A stretch of 59,574 nt of DNA, filler included, from Diploschistes diacapsis (Eukaryota): NCBI GenBank assembly GCA_023645945.1. It is 5 parts of 5 records of this genome, joined end to end, with 100 filler letters (N's around TTAATTAATTAA, not from the genome) between each part and the next. Parts side by side here need not be neighbours in the genome. Positions count along the whole stretch, not along the records: positions 1 to 11,848 come from JALAIB010000795.1; 4 more parts are not named here. One strand, given 5' to 3'. Below are positions 1 through 11,948 of the stretch, in pieces. A model generated the notes under the pieces. The model was not told the DNA's origin and did not search any database. It saw only the letters and a program-made list of their open reading frames with translations. The translations under genes were made by a program, and so were the position numbers. Positions within the stretch are counted from its first letter, which is position 1, and each line of letters begins with the position of its first letter.

Positions 1-3000
1 GTCGTGTGCGCCATTCGACAGCTCGCCGGACAGGTCGAGGTTTGATGGGGGCAGGACGAGCTCTGGGTCTGGGGCTGGGGCAACGGCCGCGGTGGGTGGG
101 GCGGTGAGGTTCAGCGTTGCTAGCTCGGGGGCGAAGGTTGATTGGAAGAGGATGGAGAAGTTCTTGTGCTCGATGCGGTGGCCTGTATGGGAAAGGTCTG
201 TGAGGCAGCGCTTGAGGATGCTGACGAAGTCGAGGAGTGCGGTTTGCAGAGCCGCTACAAGAGGCTGCGTCGCTTCGTCCTCTTCCGTAGAGGCGGTATG
301 GTTCTGCAGGATGTTGCGGTACTGGGATACGCTTGTGCTCGAGGTCGCATCTACCGAGCTCTTGATGGCTTCTATCATCGTATGAACGCTTGCTTTGTCC
401 GCATCTTGTAGACGTCTCTGCAATATGGCTAGCTCGAATGTCTTGCGGACTGTTCGTTCGATGGCGGTTTCGAGTGGGGAGAGCTCCACCGTCTCTTCGG
501 TAATGATTTCGCTGCGGCGTAGGATCGTGGGAAACGAATCCGCAGTATGATAGACTGTCTTCTCGACCCATTGCTCCTGGATACCAGTCCTGGGCGAGTG
601 CCTCCGTGAAGTAATGGCGAATTTGTTTGGTTTGGACGACAACAGAAACTCTTTCGTCGAGAGAGGCACCCTGGGCTGCTGGTACGCGGGATGGTCCAGT
701 TCCCTGTGCGGAGACACGGCCGTCACGTGGAGATGCTGCCCCTCTGTGTTGTCCACATCGGCCTTTGAGCTGACTTGGGCGGCAGGATGCTGTTGCTGGA
801 GCCTGTCGGTGAAATTAAGGAGCCTTTCGGAGCCCTTCCCTTCGTAAACAAACTCCTTTCCACGAAGCGTGGCCGGAAAGCCGAGGCCTCGAAAGGCAAC
901 TCGAAAGTATCGCGAGGTCTCTCCTGCGCCTCTGGCAATGAACTCATAGATTCTGGCCGTCGAACGCTGCGTCCTGGCAAGCTTCGCAAAGTCAAAGCTC
1001 GTATGCTCGTACTGGTCCGCGAGTTCGCGGTAGCAATCCAAAGCACAGCCCCAGGCGCCCGCTTCCTCAAAATGCTTGATCATCTCGAAGTAAAGGCTCT
1101 CTTTGCGCTCGAATGAACTCTGCTTTGGGAACGGCGGGTTCTTGAGTTCCCTGACAGTCCGGGAGAGGTCCCAGCTGTAAAGATCGGCATGCAGCCCCAG
1201 GGCCAAACCAGCTTCACGGAAGTTGGACGCTTCGACTTCGACCGTCACCAGCTGATGCACATAACCGATAAAGATGTCCTCCTTTTCCAAACCTTTCAAG
1301 AAGTCCATGAGCTTCAGGGTGTTCATGATGCGCAGCGACTCTTGCTGTTCAGGGGCATGCACAGCTATCAAGAGATCAAGAAGCTGGTCGATAGCGTCCA
1401 GCAGCTCTTTCGTCGCCTGCCATAAACCATTATCTGGAGTCTTCGAGAAAGGCTCGAACAATCCTAGGAGCTGGTCGATGAAGAAGCGGTTGTGTGCGCT
1501 CTCTCCAATGTTCTTCGTCTTGAACAATTCGTCAAGTGCGTAGATCATCGCTCCCTCTATCACAGCCAGGTCTTCGTTCAACGACCATTCGCTTATTATC
1601 ATGGACTGCAGAATCTCGACGGAGCACCCACGAAGACCCTCGTGCACGCTCAGGCAGAGCTCGAGGATCGGTCCGACGAGTGACGGCACGTATTGAACCT
1701 GGTACCCGCCGAGTTTCTCCAGCCCATACTGTCTCCTCTCTTCCGGGTCAGTCTCCCAGCCAATAGTGTCCCAGATACTGCCGAGGAGCTCGGCTCCATG
1801 TTGGCGAATGTCTCCAACGATCTTCCATACAGCCCGCCGTTTCTGCTCCGGAAGGATTTCCAAAGCCAGCGTTTCGCTACGGACGAGTTCAAGAAGAGCC
1901 AAGAGGAGTGATTTCCACATCTCGGTGTCGAACTTGTCCGCGTCTTCGGGAGGTGGCAGATCATCGCGGATCATGAGCTGGGAACCGAAGTCGAGCAGGT
2001 CGAAGATGATGCGATGATGGTAGAGATAAAGTGTGAGCCAGGTTTTCGGAAACGCCTCTCCCCGCAAAACCGACATGTTCATGTCCAGAGCCATCCGCGA
2101 GATAGTAGCCATCTCGTAAGGAATGTTCTTATAATGGGCCATGAGCTGATCACTCTTGAAGGTGGCCTTCAGTGCTGCAATTTCTATCAAGGCCTCGTCG
2201 TAGTTGCGCGGGCAGTTCGTCGGTCTCGAAGGGAAGGGATACGTGGACGGGAAGAGCAGGGAGAAGTGACACGTTGTGGGAGTTCCCTGGCTGCGTATGC
2301 GGTGGTACGACTCGAGGACCTTGACGTAGTAAAGCGCGGTTTGATCGCCATAGTCGCCGTCCCTCAACGCCACGATCGAGCAGCATAGCCTTACCTGTTC
2401 CCGGTACTGGTCGTTGGGCTCTTCGATGGCACCCCAATATGGATCCAACCAGTTTCCAACCTTCCTCATTAACTTCGCACGCAGCTCAGGCTCAACGGAC
2501 AAGGAAAGCCGCGCGAAGTTCCAGATAAGAACGAGCTTGTGGAGGATTAGTTTCCCGGTGACGTTGGCGCATGCATCCACGAAGCTAATCCCAATGTTCA
2601 ATATATCTTCTTGGCTGAAGCAAGTTAGGAGCTCGGGGAGCCAAGTGTGAATATGCTGCACGATGAGTGTCTTGCTTCCGATGAGAGACGGCGACTCGTC
2701 TCTCATCTGATCCTCGAGTGCCTCAAAGATTCCCTTGAAATCCCGCATAAAGGCAGCTTCATTGCTGGTAATGCCAATGCCGGCCTCCTTCGCCTTCTGT
2801 TGCTTTCGAGCCACGATTATGAACTTGATTATCTGACGGCCGACCTTGAGGGTAGCACGGAGCTGCCTCGAGTTTTGATAATCGGTCCGTCTCGCGATTA
2901 GTCGGAGATAACTTCGAATCAGGCAAGGGGTAGCAAAGGGATAGTTGAATCTCAGCTCGGCGTACTCGTTGACCAAGGGATCCAGATGAAACCTTCGATC

Positions 3001-5616
3001 GTGAACTATGCTCAGCACAGTCACCAGGGCATTGAACACAAGATCCTCAAACTCGTCGTTGCCAGACCTATCAATAAGGATGGAAAACAGCGCATCAAGG
3101 GTGTCGCTAACAAGTTTGACGATCTCAATCTCGGGCACAAAGACCATTTGCCGCAGGAGGAGAAGTAGCTGGTCATCGCTATGCTCCTCCCATCGCAATA
3201 GACCGAGAAGCACCTGGTCTTGCGAGAAGGTCGTACTACATAGAAATGAGTCAATTCGAAGGCATGACATGTGTGCGGACCAAGATTCTCGGTTGATGGC
3301 GTCCTTTGATTTCGAGTCCCACACGAGGTCCAGATATGCGCCCCTGCCCTCAACAACCTGGGTAGTCATCTTGCTGTACTCGTGCAGGAGGAGGGTGTGC
3401 GGCCCGTCTTGAAGAAAAGCACCTTCTTTCCATAGGGGCATCCAGCACAAGGCAAAAGGGAAGTCAGGGAAGTCAGCAAGACTCATGACGATGTGGCAGT
3501 CGGGCACATCTTCGCTGGGAATCGCAAGTCGGATCGTCTGTTGCCAGCTTTCTCCCCGACAGATGGCAGTGGTTCTCCACGCGGTTTGGCTGTCCGAGTC
3601 GGATGAGGGATGGATGCAATGATCAATGCGTTCACCAGAAGACTTTCGGACCTCAAGAGTCAGCTGGAAATTGTGCATCTCCGAGACGTTCGGAATGGGA
3701 ATAGCGCCCTTCTCCGGATGCGAAAAGAGAGCTTGGCCAGGAAAGCTTGGCTTCACGAGCGTCAAATAGATATCGGAGCGTGATTTCGTCGGCGCTCCAG
3801 AGAACCCGATCTTTGGTGTTTTGGTGACATGTTGCAGGAGTGTCGGCTTCGTTCTGATAAGGTGATCGGCATCTGGATCGATGAAGGAGTAAAGGCGGAT
3901 GGTGATTCTTTCTACAGGTTTCGAACGTCCGTATCGTCCTGACGTAGAGGGGTAATGTTCGTTAAGGAAGTCGACCTGGTCACCTGGCTCGAAGGGTTCT
4001 TGCTCGGATGCCGTCGGTGCCCAGACCATCAGAACTTCTTCCCCTTCACTGCTCTCTTCGAAGAATTTCTTGTTCAGATTTAAGAAGGCAATGCCGGCAT
4101 CTCGCTCGACTTGCGGCTTCTGCAAGTCATTGACTTCCTGCAATCCAAGACTTTGTCCTCGGTGTTCGCTCGGCTGTTGGACCGAACTGCCTCTCTCTTC
4201 CAACGCTCCAGCAGCATGAGGCCTCTGTCGCTGAGACCCACCTTGTCTGTTCTGGCCCCACATTAAGCTACGCCTTCCCCTTACGCTCTGCGCTCTTCCG
4301 TGATCTTGAGAGCTCTCCGGTCGTTGAAGGTGATCATTCACTGGACTTGTAGGACTAGGGGCAACCAGGGTTTCCTTGATAGCGGTGCGCACTTGGACCT
4401 TGACAACCAGATACACCTGCAGGCCTGATCCAGAAGTCTCCCCGATATCCAGGGAGCTCAGATCGGCGAACAGAGTGCGCACCCTCGACTGCAGCCCCTT
4501 TGGTATGGTTTCCCGCGGGGAGACGCCCAACGAAAAGGGTTCGCTTAGTAACCTGGCGGGCTCCTCCCGTTTCTTCGAACAAATGTACATGACCAATGTA
4601 ACCATATCCTGGCTTTGACCGGAGATGCCTCTAAGCTCGAGAAGAAGGTGATGTAGATTGATGCGATCTGGGCCATGCGAGGGCGGCTTATCCAAGAGAC
4701 TCATGGAGGCTTGCAGCTTGGCCACTTCAATCGCGTTATCGCTACCAGTGAGTAGCCTTCCCCGCTGCTTTGGGTCCCGGATGATGATCTCTTCTCCTAC
4801 AACCTTGTTCCCGTTAACTAAGTGCCATACTGTCTTCTCGCGGAGAAGATCCGACTCTTGATTAGTAAGGACTCCATGAAGTAGCTGTCTCCGGCCCAAG
4901 TCAACGCGCTGCACAAGCTTCCCTAAGTTGGCGAGGTCGGTGTATCTTCTGGATAGAAGGAGCTCGTGTAGCTTGGTGGACTGCCATTCACGGAGACACG
5001 AGGCGATCTCATCGACCAAGGGCTCGGAGGCCAGCGAAGGTGTCTCGTCACCAATCTTGAGCAGTGGAACGGGCGGGGCCGGTTTCCGCTGTGTTTCCGA
5101 TCCGGAGGCGCCAGGACCTTCGGCTGTCATTCCGGTCGTCTTTCTCTTCGCTGGCTTTAATTTCCTCGTCACCTTTTCTATCATCCCATCCTCAAGTGAG
5201 CTTTCGGCCGATGACTCTGCGTCCGCGTCATCTGCACTTTCGCCCTCTTCCGTGACATCTTGCTCATCATCTTCGTGAGACTCATCCTTCCGCTTCACCC
5301 GATGCCCATTCACTCCATTTGTTTCTCCCTCTTGTGCGCTAGTATGCTCCATCAATTCCCGTATTTCGACACATGCTCGAGGAAATATCCCGGAAAAGAC
5401 TCGTGCCTCCAGAGTCTGCCCCTTGATACTGGTGAGGCCAGCAAGTATAGAAGGCGGTGCCACTAGGTATCCACGGCACCATGAGTAATCCTTGCCGCCC
5501 TCCTCTATGATGTAGAGTTCGTCGCCCAGCTCGAGCGGGAGATCGGCGGGGGAGGAGGGCTCAAAAGGGTAGATTGCGATAGCAAAAGCTATCCTCGGTA
5601 GGGGTCGCCAAGGCAT
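1..5616 (-). CDS. DOCK-family Rac/Cdc42 guanine-nucleotide exchange factor (SH3 + DHR domains; Dck1-like), 3' end truncated by the window edge
   Basis: ATG at 5616 gives MPWRPLPRIAFAIAIYPFEPSSPADLPLELGDELYIIEEGG...WCRGYL (SH3). The same frame near 540 reads QWVEKTVYHTADSFPTILRRSEII (DHR-2-like) and is still open at position 1. It is absent from the ORF track, which fits an uninterrupted frame of at least 1872 codons with no stop in the window; frame spot-checked, not every codon. Confidence 0.92.
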   Translation of the reverse strand, partial: MPWRPLPRIAFAIAIYPFEPSSPADLPLELGDELYIIEEGGKDYSWCRGYLVAPPSILAGLTSIKGQTLEARVFSGIFPRACVEIRELMEHTSAQEGETNGVNGHRVKRKDESHEDDEQDVTEEGESADDADAESSAESSLEDGMIEKVTRKLKPAKRKTTGMTAEGPGASGSETQRKPAPPVPLLKIGDETPSLASEPLVDEIASCLREWQSTKLHELLLSRRYTDLANLGKLVQRVDLGRRQLLHGVLTNQESDLLREKTVWHLVNGNKVVGEEIIIRDPKQRGRLLTGSDNAIEVAKLQASMSLLDKPPSHGPDRINLHHLLLELRGISGQSQDMVTLVMYICSKKREEPARLLSEPFSLGVSPRETIPKGLQSRVRTLFADLSSLDIGETSGSGLQVYLVVKVQVRTAIKETLVAPSPTSPVNDHLQRPESSQDHGRAQSVRGRRSLMWGQNRQGGSQRQRPHAAGALEERGSSVQQPSEHRGQSLGLQEVNDLQKPQVERDAGIAFLNLNKKFFEESSEGEEVLMVWAPTASEQEPFEPGDQVDFLNEHYPSTSGRYGRSKPVERITIRLYSFIDPDADHLIRTKPTLLQHVTKTPKIGFSGAPTKSRSDIYLTLVKPSFPGQALFSHPEKGAIPIPNVSEMHNFQLTLEVRKSSGERIDHCIHPSSDSDSQTAWRTTAICRGESWQQTIRLAIPSEDVPDCHIVMSLADFPDFPFALCWMPLWKEGAFLQDGPHTLLLHEYSKMTTQVVEGRGAYLDLVWDSKSKDAINRESWSAHMSCLRIDSFLCSTTFSQDQVLLGLLRWEEHSDDQLLLLLRQMVFVPEIEIVKLVSDTLDALFSILIDRSGNDEFEDLVFNALVTVLSIVHDRRFHLDPLVNEYAELRFNYPFATPCLIRSYLRLIARRTDYQNSRQLRATLKVGRQIIKFIIVARKQQKAKEAGIGITSNEAAFMRDFKGIFEALEDQMRDESPSLIGSKTLIVQHIHTWLPELLTCFSQEDILNIGISFVDACANVTGKLILHKLVLIWNFARLSLSVEPELRAKLMRKVGNWLDPYWGAIEEPNDQYREQVRLCCSIVALRDGDYGDQTALYYVKVLESYHRIRSQGTPTTCHFSLLFPSTYPFPSRPTNCPRNYDEALIEIAALKATFKSDQLMAHYKNIPYEMATISRMALDMNMSVLRGEAFPKTWLTLYLYHHRIIFDLLDFGSQLMIRDDLPPPEDADKFDTEMWKSLLLALLELVRSETLALEILPEQKRRAVWKIVGDIRQHGAELLGSIWDTIGWETDPEERRQYGLEKLGGYQVQYVPSLVGPILELCLSVHEGLRGCSVEILQSMIISEWSLNEDLAVIEGAMIYALDELFKTKNIGESAHNRFFIDQLLGLFEPFSKTPDNGLWQATKELLDAIDQLLDLLIAVHAPEQQESLRIMNTLKLMDFLKGLEKEDIFIGYVHQLVTVEVEASNFREAGLALGLHADLYSWDLSRTVRELKNPPFPKQSSFERKESLYFEMIKHFEEAGAWGCALDCYRELADQYEHTSFDFAKLARTQRSTARIYEFIARGAGETSRYFRVAFRGLGFPATLRGKEFVYEGKGSERLLNFTDRLQQQHPAAQVSSKADVDNTEGQHLHVTAVSPHRELDHPAYQQPRVPLSTKEFLLSSKPNKFAITSRRHSPRTGIQEQWVEKTVYHTADSFPTILRRSEIITEETVELSPLETAIERTVRKTFELAILQRRLQDADKASVHTMIEAIKSSVDATSSTSVSQYRNILQNHTASTEEDEATQPLVAALQTALLDFVSILKRCLTDLSHTGHRIEHKNFSILFQSTFAPELATLNLTAPPTAAVAPAPDPELVLPPSNLDLSGELSNGAHD

Positions 5617-6911
5617 CTTGAACAGGAGCGCGACGTTGCGCGCGCGACGGCTGAATCCGGTCCACCGGTATTGTAGGCCTGACCTAGCTGGAAGGGCGAG
5701 TGAATGTATCTCGCGGCGGCATGGGTGAGGTGAAAAGGAAGCGAGGCGCTTCTGAATCGATTAACGCACGCTCTTCGACATGGCCATCCAAATTTGCTGC
5801 ACCGGCAGCAGTCGGCCCTTTGAGTCCTCCTCTTTAACACAAGGATGAGTTAGTTTTAGTAAGTATGTGCTCAAGAAAGCCGGAACACCGCTATGGTTGT
5901 TACTGAAGTCCAAGTCAACTCACTGCGATCATACAAAACCGAGGCCACGCAGTAAAAATGAGGAATAATGCATGGACAAAGTATGAGGTAGGGAATATGG
6001 ATACACTGATATGCAGCTAAGTAATTGTGTGTGTATGTATGTATGTACATGGAAGCTCAGAGAGAACCTGTGCCAGAGTTTTTGCCCTGTCAGTTTAGGG
6101 GGATAAAATGCTATCGGATTGGCTTGCACATCCGGTTCAGGGAGCTTTGCCGGACTCGAAAACATGGCAATGGCATGGGCATGGGCATGGCATGGGGCAT
6201 CATGGCATGGGCACGCACGCTACTTCCGAATTAGTAGCTACTTGTATAGCTCCCCCAAATTGTCCCCTGTTAGATAGATACTCTTCCGCCTGTTCGATCT
6301 CCTACGCATGCAGCATGCAGCATGTATCATTTTGCCAGTAGATTCTCTCTATGTTCTGTCCTGTCTGCCATAAACCAACCATCTCAAAAATGGTTAGCAA
6401 CGTGCCCTCCCCGACTGCAAACCGGCTCACCGGGAACAGCTTTGCAGGATCAACGCGCCACGAGCTGTAGCCGTAAACCTTTCTCAACTCAGCATTGCGC
6501 CTCTATAAATCATTTATAGCGCGGTAAAAGTCATCCGATGGCCATGGATCAATACGCAAAGATCAAAAGATCTATAACGTACTACTAAGGGTGGTGCAGG
6601 GTTCTTGCCACGTGACGTCTCCTTTTTTACACTACACGTAAGTTTGTTTATCTCTTTTGTTAACATCTTTCAGTACAATGGCATGGCATTTTGAGCGGGG
6701 TACTGGGTATAGTTAGTTATCTACGGGTAACGATTTCACACGGAGAGAAAAAAAACAGTACAGTGCCATTGAGCGCTGTAAACGTGTGGCAGCAAAGGCG
6801 GTGAGGGCCCGCCTAGTGTAATAATGGGTGGGATATCAATTATCCGAGGTATGGTATTATTATACTAAGATTCTAATCGTTGTCATTTATGGAGCCTATA
6901 TTGGCGTAATC

Positions 6912-8167
6912 TCATAATTTGTTCCGCACTCCGGAGGAGTCGTGAGGCGACGTGCTAATATTGCTCCGCCACAGTTTCCACGAGGGCAACCACTGCCTTT
7001 GTTTGTAGCTGGCTCCACTATTGTTCCCTCTTCCATAGTGGGTGAACAACGGTCGAAGCGTTGGCAGACAGGCGCTTATCACGCCAACGCATGCTTCCGT
7101 GACAGTCCAATAGACCGTCGGTGCTAATTCGTCTGCCAGAGTCTATCAGCTTGGAAAAACTCCTGCAGCGGGGGCGGCCATACATGAGTAGTCTTCTGCC
7201 CTGCCGGCAATCCCGGCCGTTGGTAGAATACAGCGTGCGATACCGGTAAACACGACGAAGCTGCCAAGGAGGAAGATGACATCCAGTTGAACCTTGCGGC
7301 TTGTCGGCAGTTGCAGCTTCCATATCTGCGGGATTGGAATCGTGAGGATGACAACTACCAATGTTGAGCGAGGTATGTCGTGCCCAAGATGCCTATTCAA
7401 CTCTTACCATCGGTGAACACATCGGTCGCTGTGATAGCAGCAAAGACAACAACGCTGTTGGTGCAGTCACCTGTTTTGCCATCCCAGTATTTCTGGAATG
7501 GTATACAGAAGACTAACTATGTTAGAGCTGTGCTCGAGTGATATCCGAAAGACCGCTACTCACAAAAATTGGTGAGAATGAAGCCAATGGTCCAAAGGAT
7601 AACGATGACAATCATGATCTGCACGATAGTGTCAAAGTACTTGCCCCGGAATATTCTCTTATAGAAGAACAACACGCTAAGTTTCGATAATCCTTGGGCA
7701 GGGACGGACAGAAGTTGAGCGGCCACGATGAGCTTTGGAGACACGGCTAGTCATTACCCAGTACCCTGCCTGTTGTGATGGAAGCAATATACCTTTTGAA
7801 GGACTACTAGTTGATCGAAAATTGGTGGATTGCTATCAGGGTCCAATGCAAAATGGCCGCCGAGGTTCCCCAAGTACACAGCTACCCCACGATCAGCCTT
7901 TTGAGGTCCGTACATCTTATTGTCTGTAAGCTGATTACCAAGGATAGAGTCAACGGCGAAGCAGATTGAGAAGAACTTGGAAAGTCAGAGTGAAGCTCAG
8001 ACCTTGTATCGGGGACTGCGTACAAGAGCGCCCAGTACCAAATAGTCGTCGATGCCTAAGCCCGCACTCGAAAGCCTTCTACCATGGAATCGCATCAAAA
8101 CCACTATAGTCGCGAGAATCGACAGAGAGATGTTCAGGCCAAGAACGGTAGATTTCAGGTCGGACAT
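6912..8167 (-). CDS. PTH11-like (rhodopsin-domain) integral membrane protein/GPCR without CFEM, about 7 exons
   Basis: Spliced translation MSDLKSTVLGLNISLSILATIVVLMRFHGRRLSSAGLGIDDYLVLGAL / ...KLSVLFFYKRIF... / TDVFTD / LTIPIPQIWKLQLPTSRK / YWTVTEACVGVISACLPTLRPLF...NKL*. These are the typical PTH11-family motifs (DDY, K.S.L.FY.RIF, P.IWKLQ, E...G.ISACLP.LRPL), joined by GT-AG introns. Confidence 0.88.
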
Positions 8168-9965
8168 AATGAAGAAACTTCTTTCTGAGGCTTCCTCACA
8201 AAAATATAGACGAGGAATTAGAAGTAAAAGTGATAGAAGATATCAGATTTACATGAAACCTGTAACGTAGACCATGCTGGCCAGATCGCAGTTCTCCCCA
8301 TGCGCAGCCTTGTACGGACATTTCAACGATAATAAACTGTACCCAGTTTGTACATTGGTCTGCGTTCCAGATGTAAACGCCGCTTGTGCTGCACGGAGTG
8401 GTGATGGCCAAGCGTGCGCATTGGCTGAGAAGGCCACATCAGCCTCGCATAACTTTGTCAGCCGGTATGCAGGCTGCAGAATGGCCGAATAATAAAATGC
8501 CTAGTAGGCAGTTGTTGAGTTGGAATGAAAAAGTATAGGGGTATCATTGATTCGAGGGCGGCCCAGATCCCCTGGTCCTGATTGAGTGATTATGCACCTT
8601 CTTTGCCTGGAAAGTGTCGATTCTTCGCTGTAATGGTTCGTTGAGTATAAGATAGGGAAGGTAAGTAAGAGAGTAGATCCCGAGGATCAACAGCAGAATG
8701 GATCTGGCTAATCAGACAGAATCCAAATACGTTTTCGGTAACAAGTTGGAACTAAAGGAGGCAATGGGTATGATCTAGTAGTAAACGTCGGGATAAGCTT
8801 TCTATAACATCTTGAATAGTGTTTCTTAATTAGGAAAGAGAATATAGGTACGGTCATGACTTACTTTGGAGTATTCCGACGAATAAAATCTGCTGTTTCT
8901 AACATGTACAGACAATGCTTCCCTAAGCCCCTTATCAAGGCTGTTACAGTCAGCACATCCAAGTGCTAGCGGGATTAGACTATGTTAACCCACATCTTCG
9001 GTGAACGGGGACTGCTGCACTAATAGCTGGTAGCTGGGGTATTTACACTGATCTTAAGCTTCAGTGGCACAGTGGGACTAAGTCATGCAAGGACAACGTG
9101 CATCCATATCGCCCCTCGAGCTCATTCAAGATGGATGTTCATGGCTGAAAACACTACTTTGCGGTCAGGTTATTAGGAAGATCCAAGGTTTTTCCAATAT
9201 CATCACTAAAGAGCATCGCAAAGTAGATATTCACTTCTGCGCTGGACGACAATGGCATCAAAGGTGTTTTCTATTGGCAGTGTTAGTCAAACTCTTTCTT
9301 TCAAGCCTTGACGCCTATCTCACGCATGCATTTCGTTACCGCTGTCATTTCTGAGTTGTAGCCTTGCCCTTTGTGTTAAAAATTGATTGCTTTTTACTTG
9401 CTGCATATTGGTCATCAATATACGTAAATACAAATATTGGGGTTGGATATTCGAAAATCAAACGTCTTTTCTGGATTAACGGACATTCACGAGAATAAAG
9501 CGGGGTTCTCTGATTGGCTGCCGGAAACTTCCTGCAATGGTGCTCCTCTTTGTGCGTCCGAAGGTCTCGTCGGCGCTCAGACGCCCTGCTGTCAACGCTG
9601 CCAATGATACAAGGGCATATCTGGAGCGGCTTACCTGTACAGCTTTGCTGGTCATATCAACGTTTAGACCGGAAGGCTTTCTTCTGGATCTCGGCGTGTC
9701 CTGATGGTGTGGTCGTCATAATATCCAGTACCGCTTTAGGGCGAACGGTTTTCTTCACGCTGTTTCAAAGGCTTTCGCTAGCCGAAGAAAAGAAGTATAA
9801 GGAACTAGTCTCAGGGAAGCCTATGAGAAATTCCATGACGCAGACAAAAATTTACTGCTATAACTGGTCGGGAGGCCCTGGAACGGACTTTCATAATCTA
9901 CTCTTGCTTATACAATCTTGTCTCCAGCCTCAGAGTTGTGCACCCTTGAAGAAAGCCTCGAAAGG

Positions 9966-11649
9966 ATGTCGTTTGCCCTCCCTCGTGTCACTAATATGAG
10001 GGGAGTGCAGGTCGAGGACACGCGAATATGCGTTGTGATGGTTGGCCTTCCTGCTAGGGGGAAGAGTCTCATTGCCCAAAAAGGTAGATTGCAACAGAGA
10101 GAATATCCCATGATATCTGACAGTGGCACACAGTCGTGAGGTACCTGCGATGGCTCTCCATATCTGCCAAGACCTTCAATGTGGGCAACTACAGGCGACT
10201 TGACACTCCACAGCCAGCAGCCTCTTTCTTTGACACGAGTAACAAAGAAGGAGAGAAGCTCAGGCATGCCGCTGCCGAGGCGGCCGTCAACGACATGATA
10301 AAGTACTTTGACAACGGCGAAGGTATAGTGGCCATATTGGACGCAACGAATTCCACCAAAGCTCGGCGCCTGTGGGTCAAAGAACGTTGCGATGCGGCCA
10401 ATATATCAACATTGTTTGTAGAGTCCAAGTGCGACGACGAATCTCTGATCATGTCCAACATCATGGAGGTAAAGACAACTTCGCCGGACTACAAGGGCCA
10501 GGACCCGGAAGCTGCAGCCAAAGATTTTCGAAATCGAATACGAAACTACGAAAAAGTGTACCAAACCATCGATCAGGACGAAGAGGATATGACGTACGTC
10601 AAAATAATAGACGTAGGTGGCAGGGTCATTATCAATCAGGTCAAAGATTACCTCCAGAGTCGGGTAGTATACTACCTGATGAACCTCCACATAAAGCCGC
10701 GCTCCATCTGGCTCTCTAGGGTACGTTGAGCTCCCCACTTCCCTCAAAGGCGGCACACAAGAACTCAAACAATGCACAGCACGGCGAATCAATCTACAAC
10801 CTCCAAGGCAAACTGGGCGGCGACTCCTCCATTTCGCACCGCGGCGAAGCCTACGCGCGCGCCCTGCCCGCCCTCGTCGCGCAGTCCGTCCCGCCCGACA
10901 CGAAACTCCAGATCTGGACCTCGACCCTCAAGCGCACCATCCAAACGGCCCGCTTCCTCGCCGCCAGCAACAGAGGCTGCACGCAGCTGGAGTGGAAAGC
11001 GCTCGACGAGCTGGACAGCGGCGTGTGCGACGGGCTGACGTACGCCGACATCGCGGCGCAGTACCCGGAGGACTTCGCGGCGCGGGACGAGGACAAGTAC
11101 AACTACCGGTACCGCGGCGGCGAGTCGTACCGCGACGTCGTCATCCGGCTGGAGCCCATCATCATGGAGCTCGAGCGGTCCGAGGACGTGATGATCGTCA
11201 CGCACCAGGCCGTGCTGCGCTGCATCTACGCCTACTACATGAACGTGCCGCAGGAGGAGAGCCCGTGGATGGAGGTCCCGCTGCACACCCTCATCAAGCT
11301 CACCCCGCGCGCCTACCACACCCAGGAGGAGCGCTTCCCCGCGAACATCCCCGCCGTCAGCACCTTCCGCGAAAAGGGCACCGAGGCGAAGCACCAGGGG
11401 GGCGCGGAGGGGAAGGATGCCGGGGTGGGCGAGAGGGAGATCGAGGATATCGAGCGCGCCGCGGCGGAGGAGCGCGCGGTGGAGGGTGCGGACACGCCGG
11501 TCGATGGCGGGGAGCTGGAGAGGGCGCAGAGCGCGGTGATGCCGCAGGTGACGTATACGCTGAGCGAGGGGCACATGGACGGGGTGTTTGAGAGGAAGAT
11601 CGATCTGGACGAGGAGCGGGAGGGGGCGAAGTCGCCGCTGTCGATGTAG
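9966..11649 (+). CDS. FBP26: 6-phosphofructo-2-kinase/fructose-2,6-bisphosphatase (Fbp26-like), 3 exons
   Basis: VMVGLPARGKS P-loop, FNVGNYRR, DATNST, RHGES formed across intron 2, plus LDELDSG, RGGESY and VTHQAV of the phosphatase domain. Confidence 0.93.
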
Positions 11650-11848
11650 AAGCTGCATGCTTACGGTGATGGAAATCTTAGCCCTTTTGATTACAGCGCA
11701 GCATATCCCCAAGCATTAGATACAGGATCCGATGGCAGGAATGCTGATAATAGTTTGATGCGGTGAAGAAAGGGGGATCCCCGCTAATCTGAATATATGC
11801 GATTTTGTGAATTCCTACGCAGCCCCCAAAAGCAAAGACCGGAAAAGC

Positions 11849-11948
11849 NNNNNNNNNNNNNNNNNNNNNNNNNNNNNNNNNNNNNNNNNNNNTTAATTAA
11901 TTAANNNNNNNNNNNNNNNNNNNNNNNNNNNNNNNNNNNNNNNNNNNN
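11849..11948. other. Artificial contig spacer N44-TTAATTAATTAA-N44
   Basis: Exactly 100 bp; the core has stop codons in all six frames; identical to three other spacers. Confidence 0.98.

Noticed and set aside
92..5466. Numerous 60-130 aa ORFs on both strands
   Set aside because: Shadows of the long minus-strand DOCK reading frame.
6600..6795. Possible MITE bounded by TGCCACGTG ... ACGTGTGGCA
   Set aside because: The inverted match is short and imperfect, with no clear target-site duplication and no second copy in the window.
10789..11712. 307-aa antisense ORF (and a 199-aa alternative-frame ORF) overlapping FBP26 exon 3
   Set aside because: Expected shadow of very high GC at third codon positions, which removes stops; no protein-like motifs.
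11893..11904. TTAATTAATTAA as a biological motif (PacI-like site or piggyBac TTAA target)
   Set aside because: It is centred in N-runs and identical at all four joins, so it is a synthetic linker.
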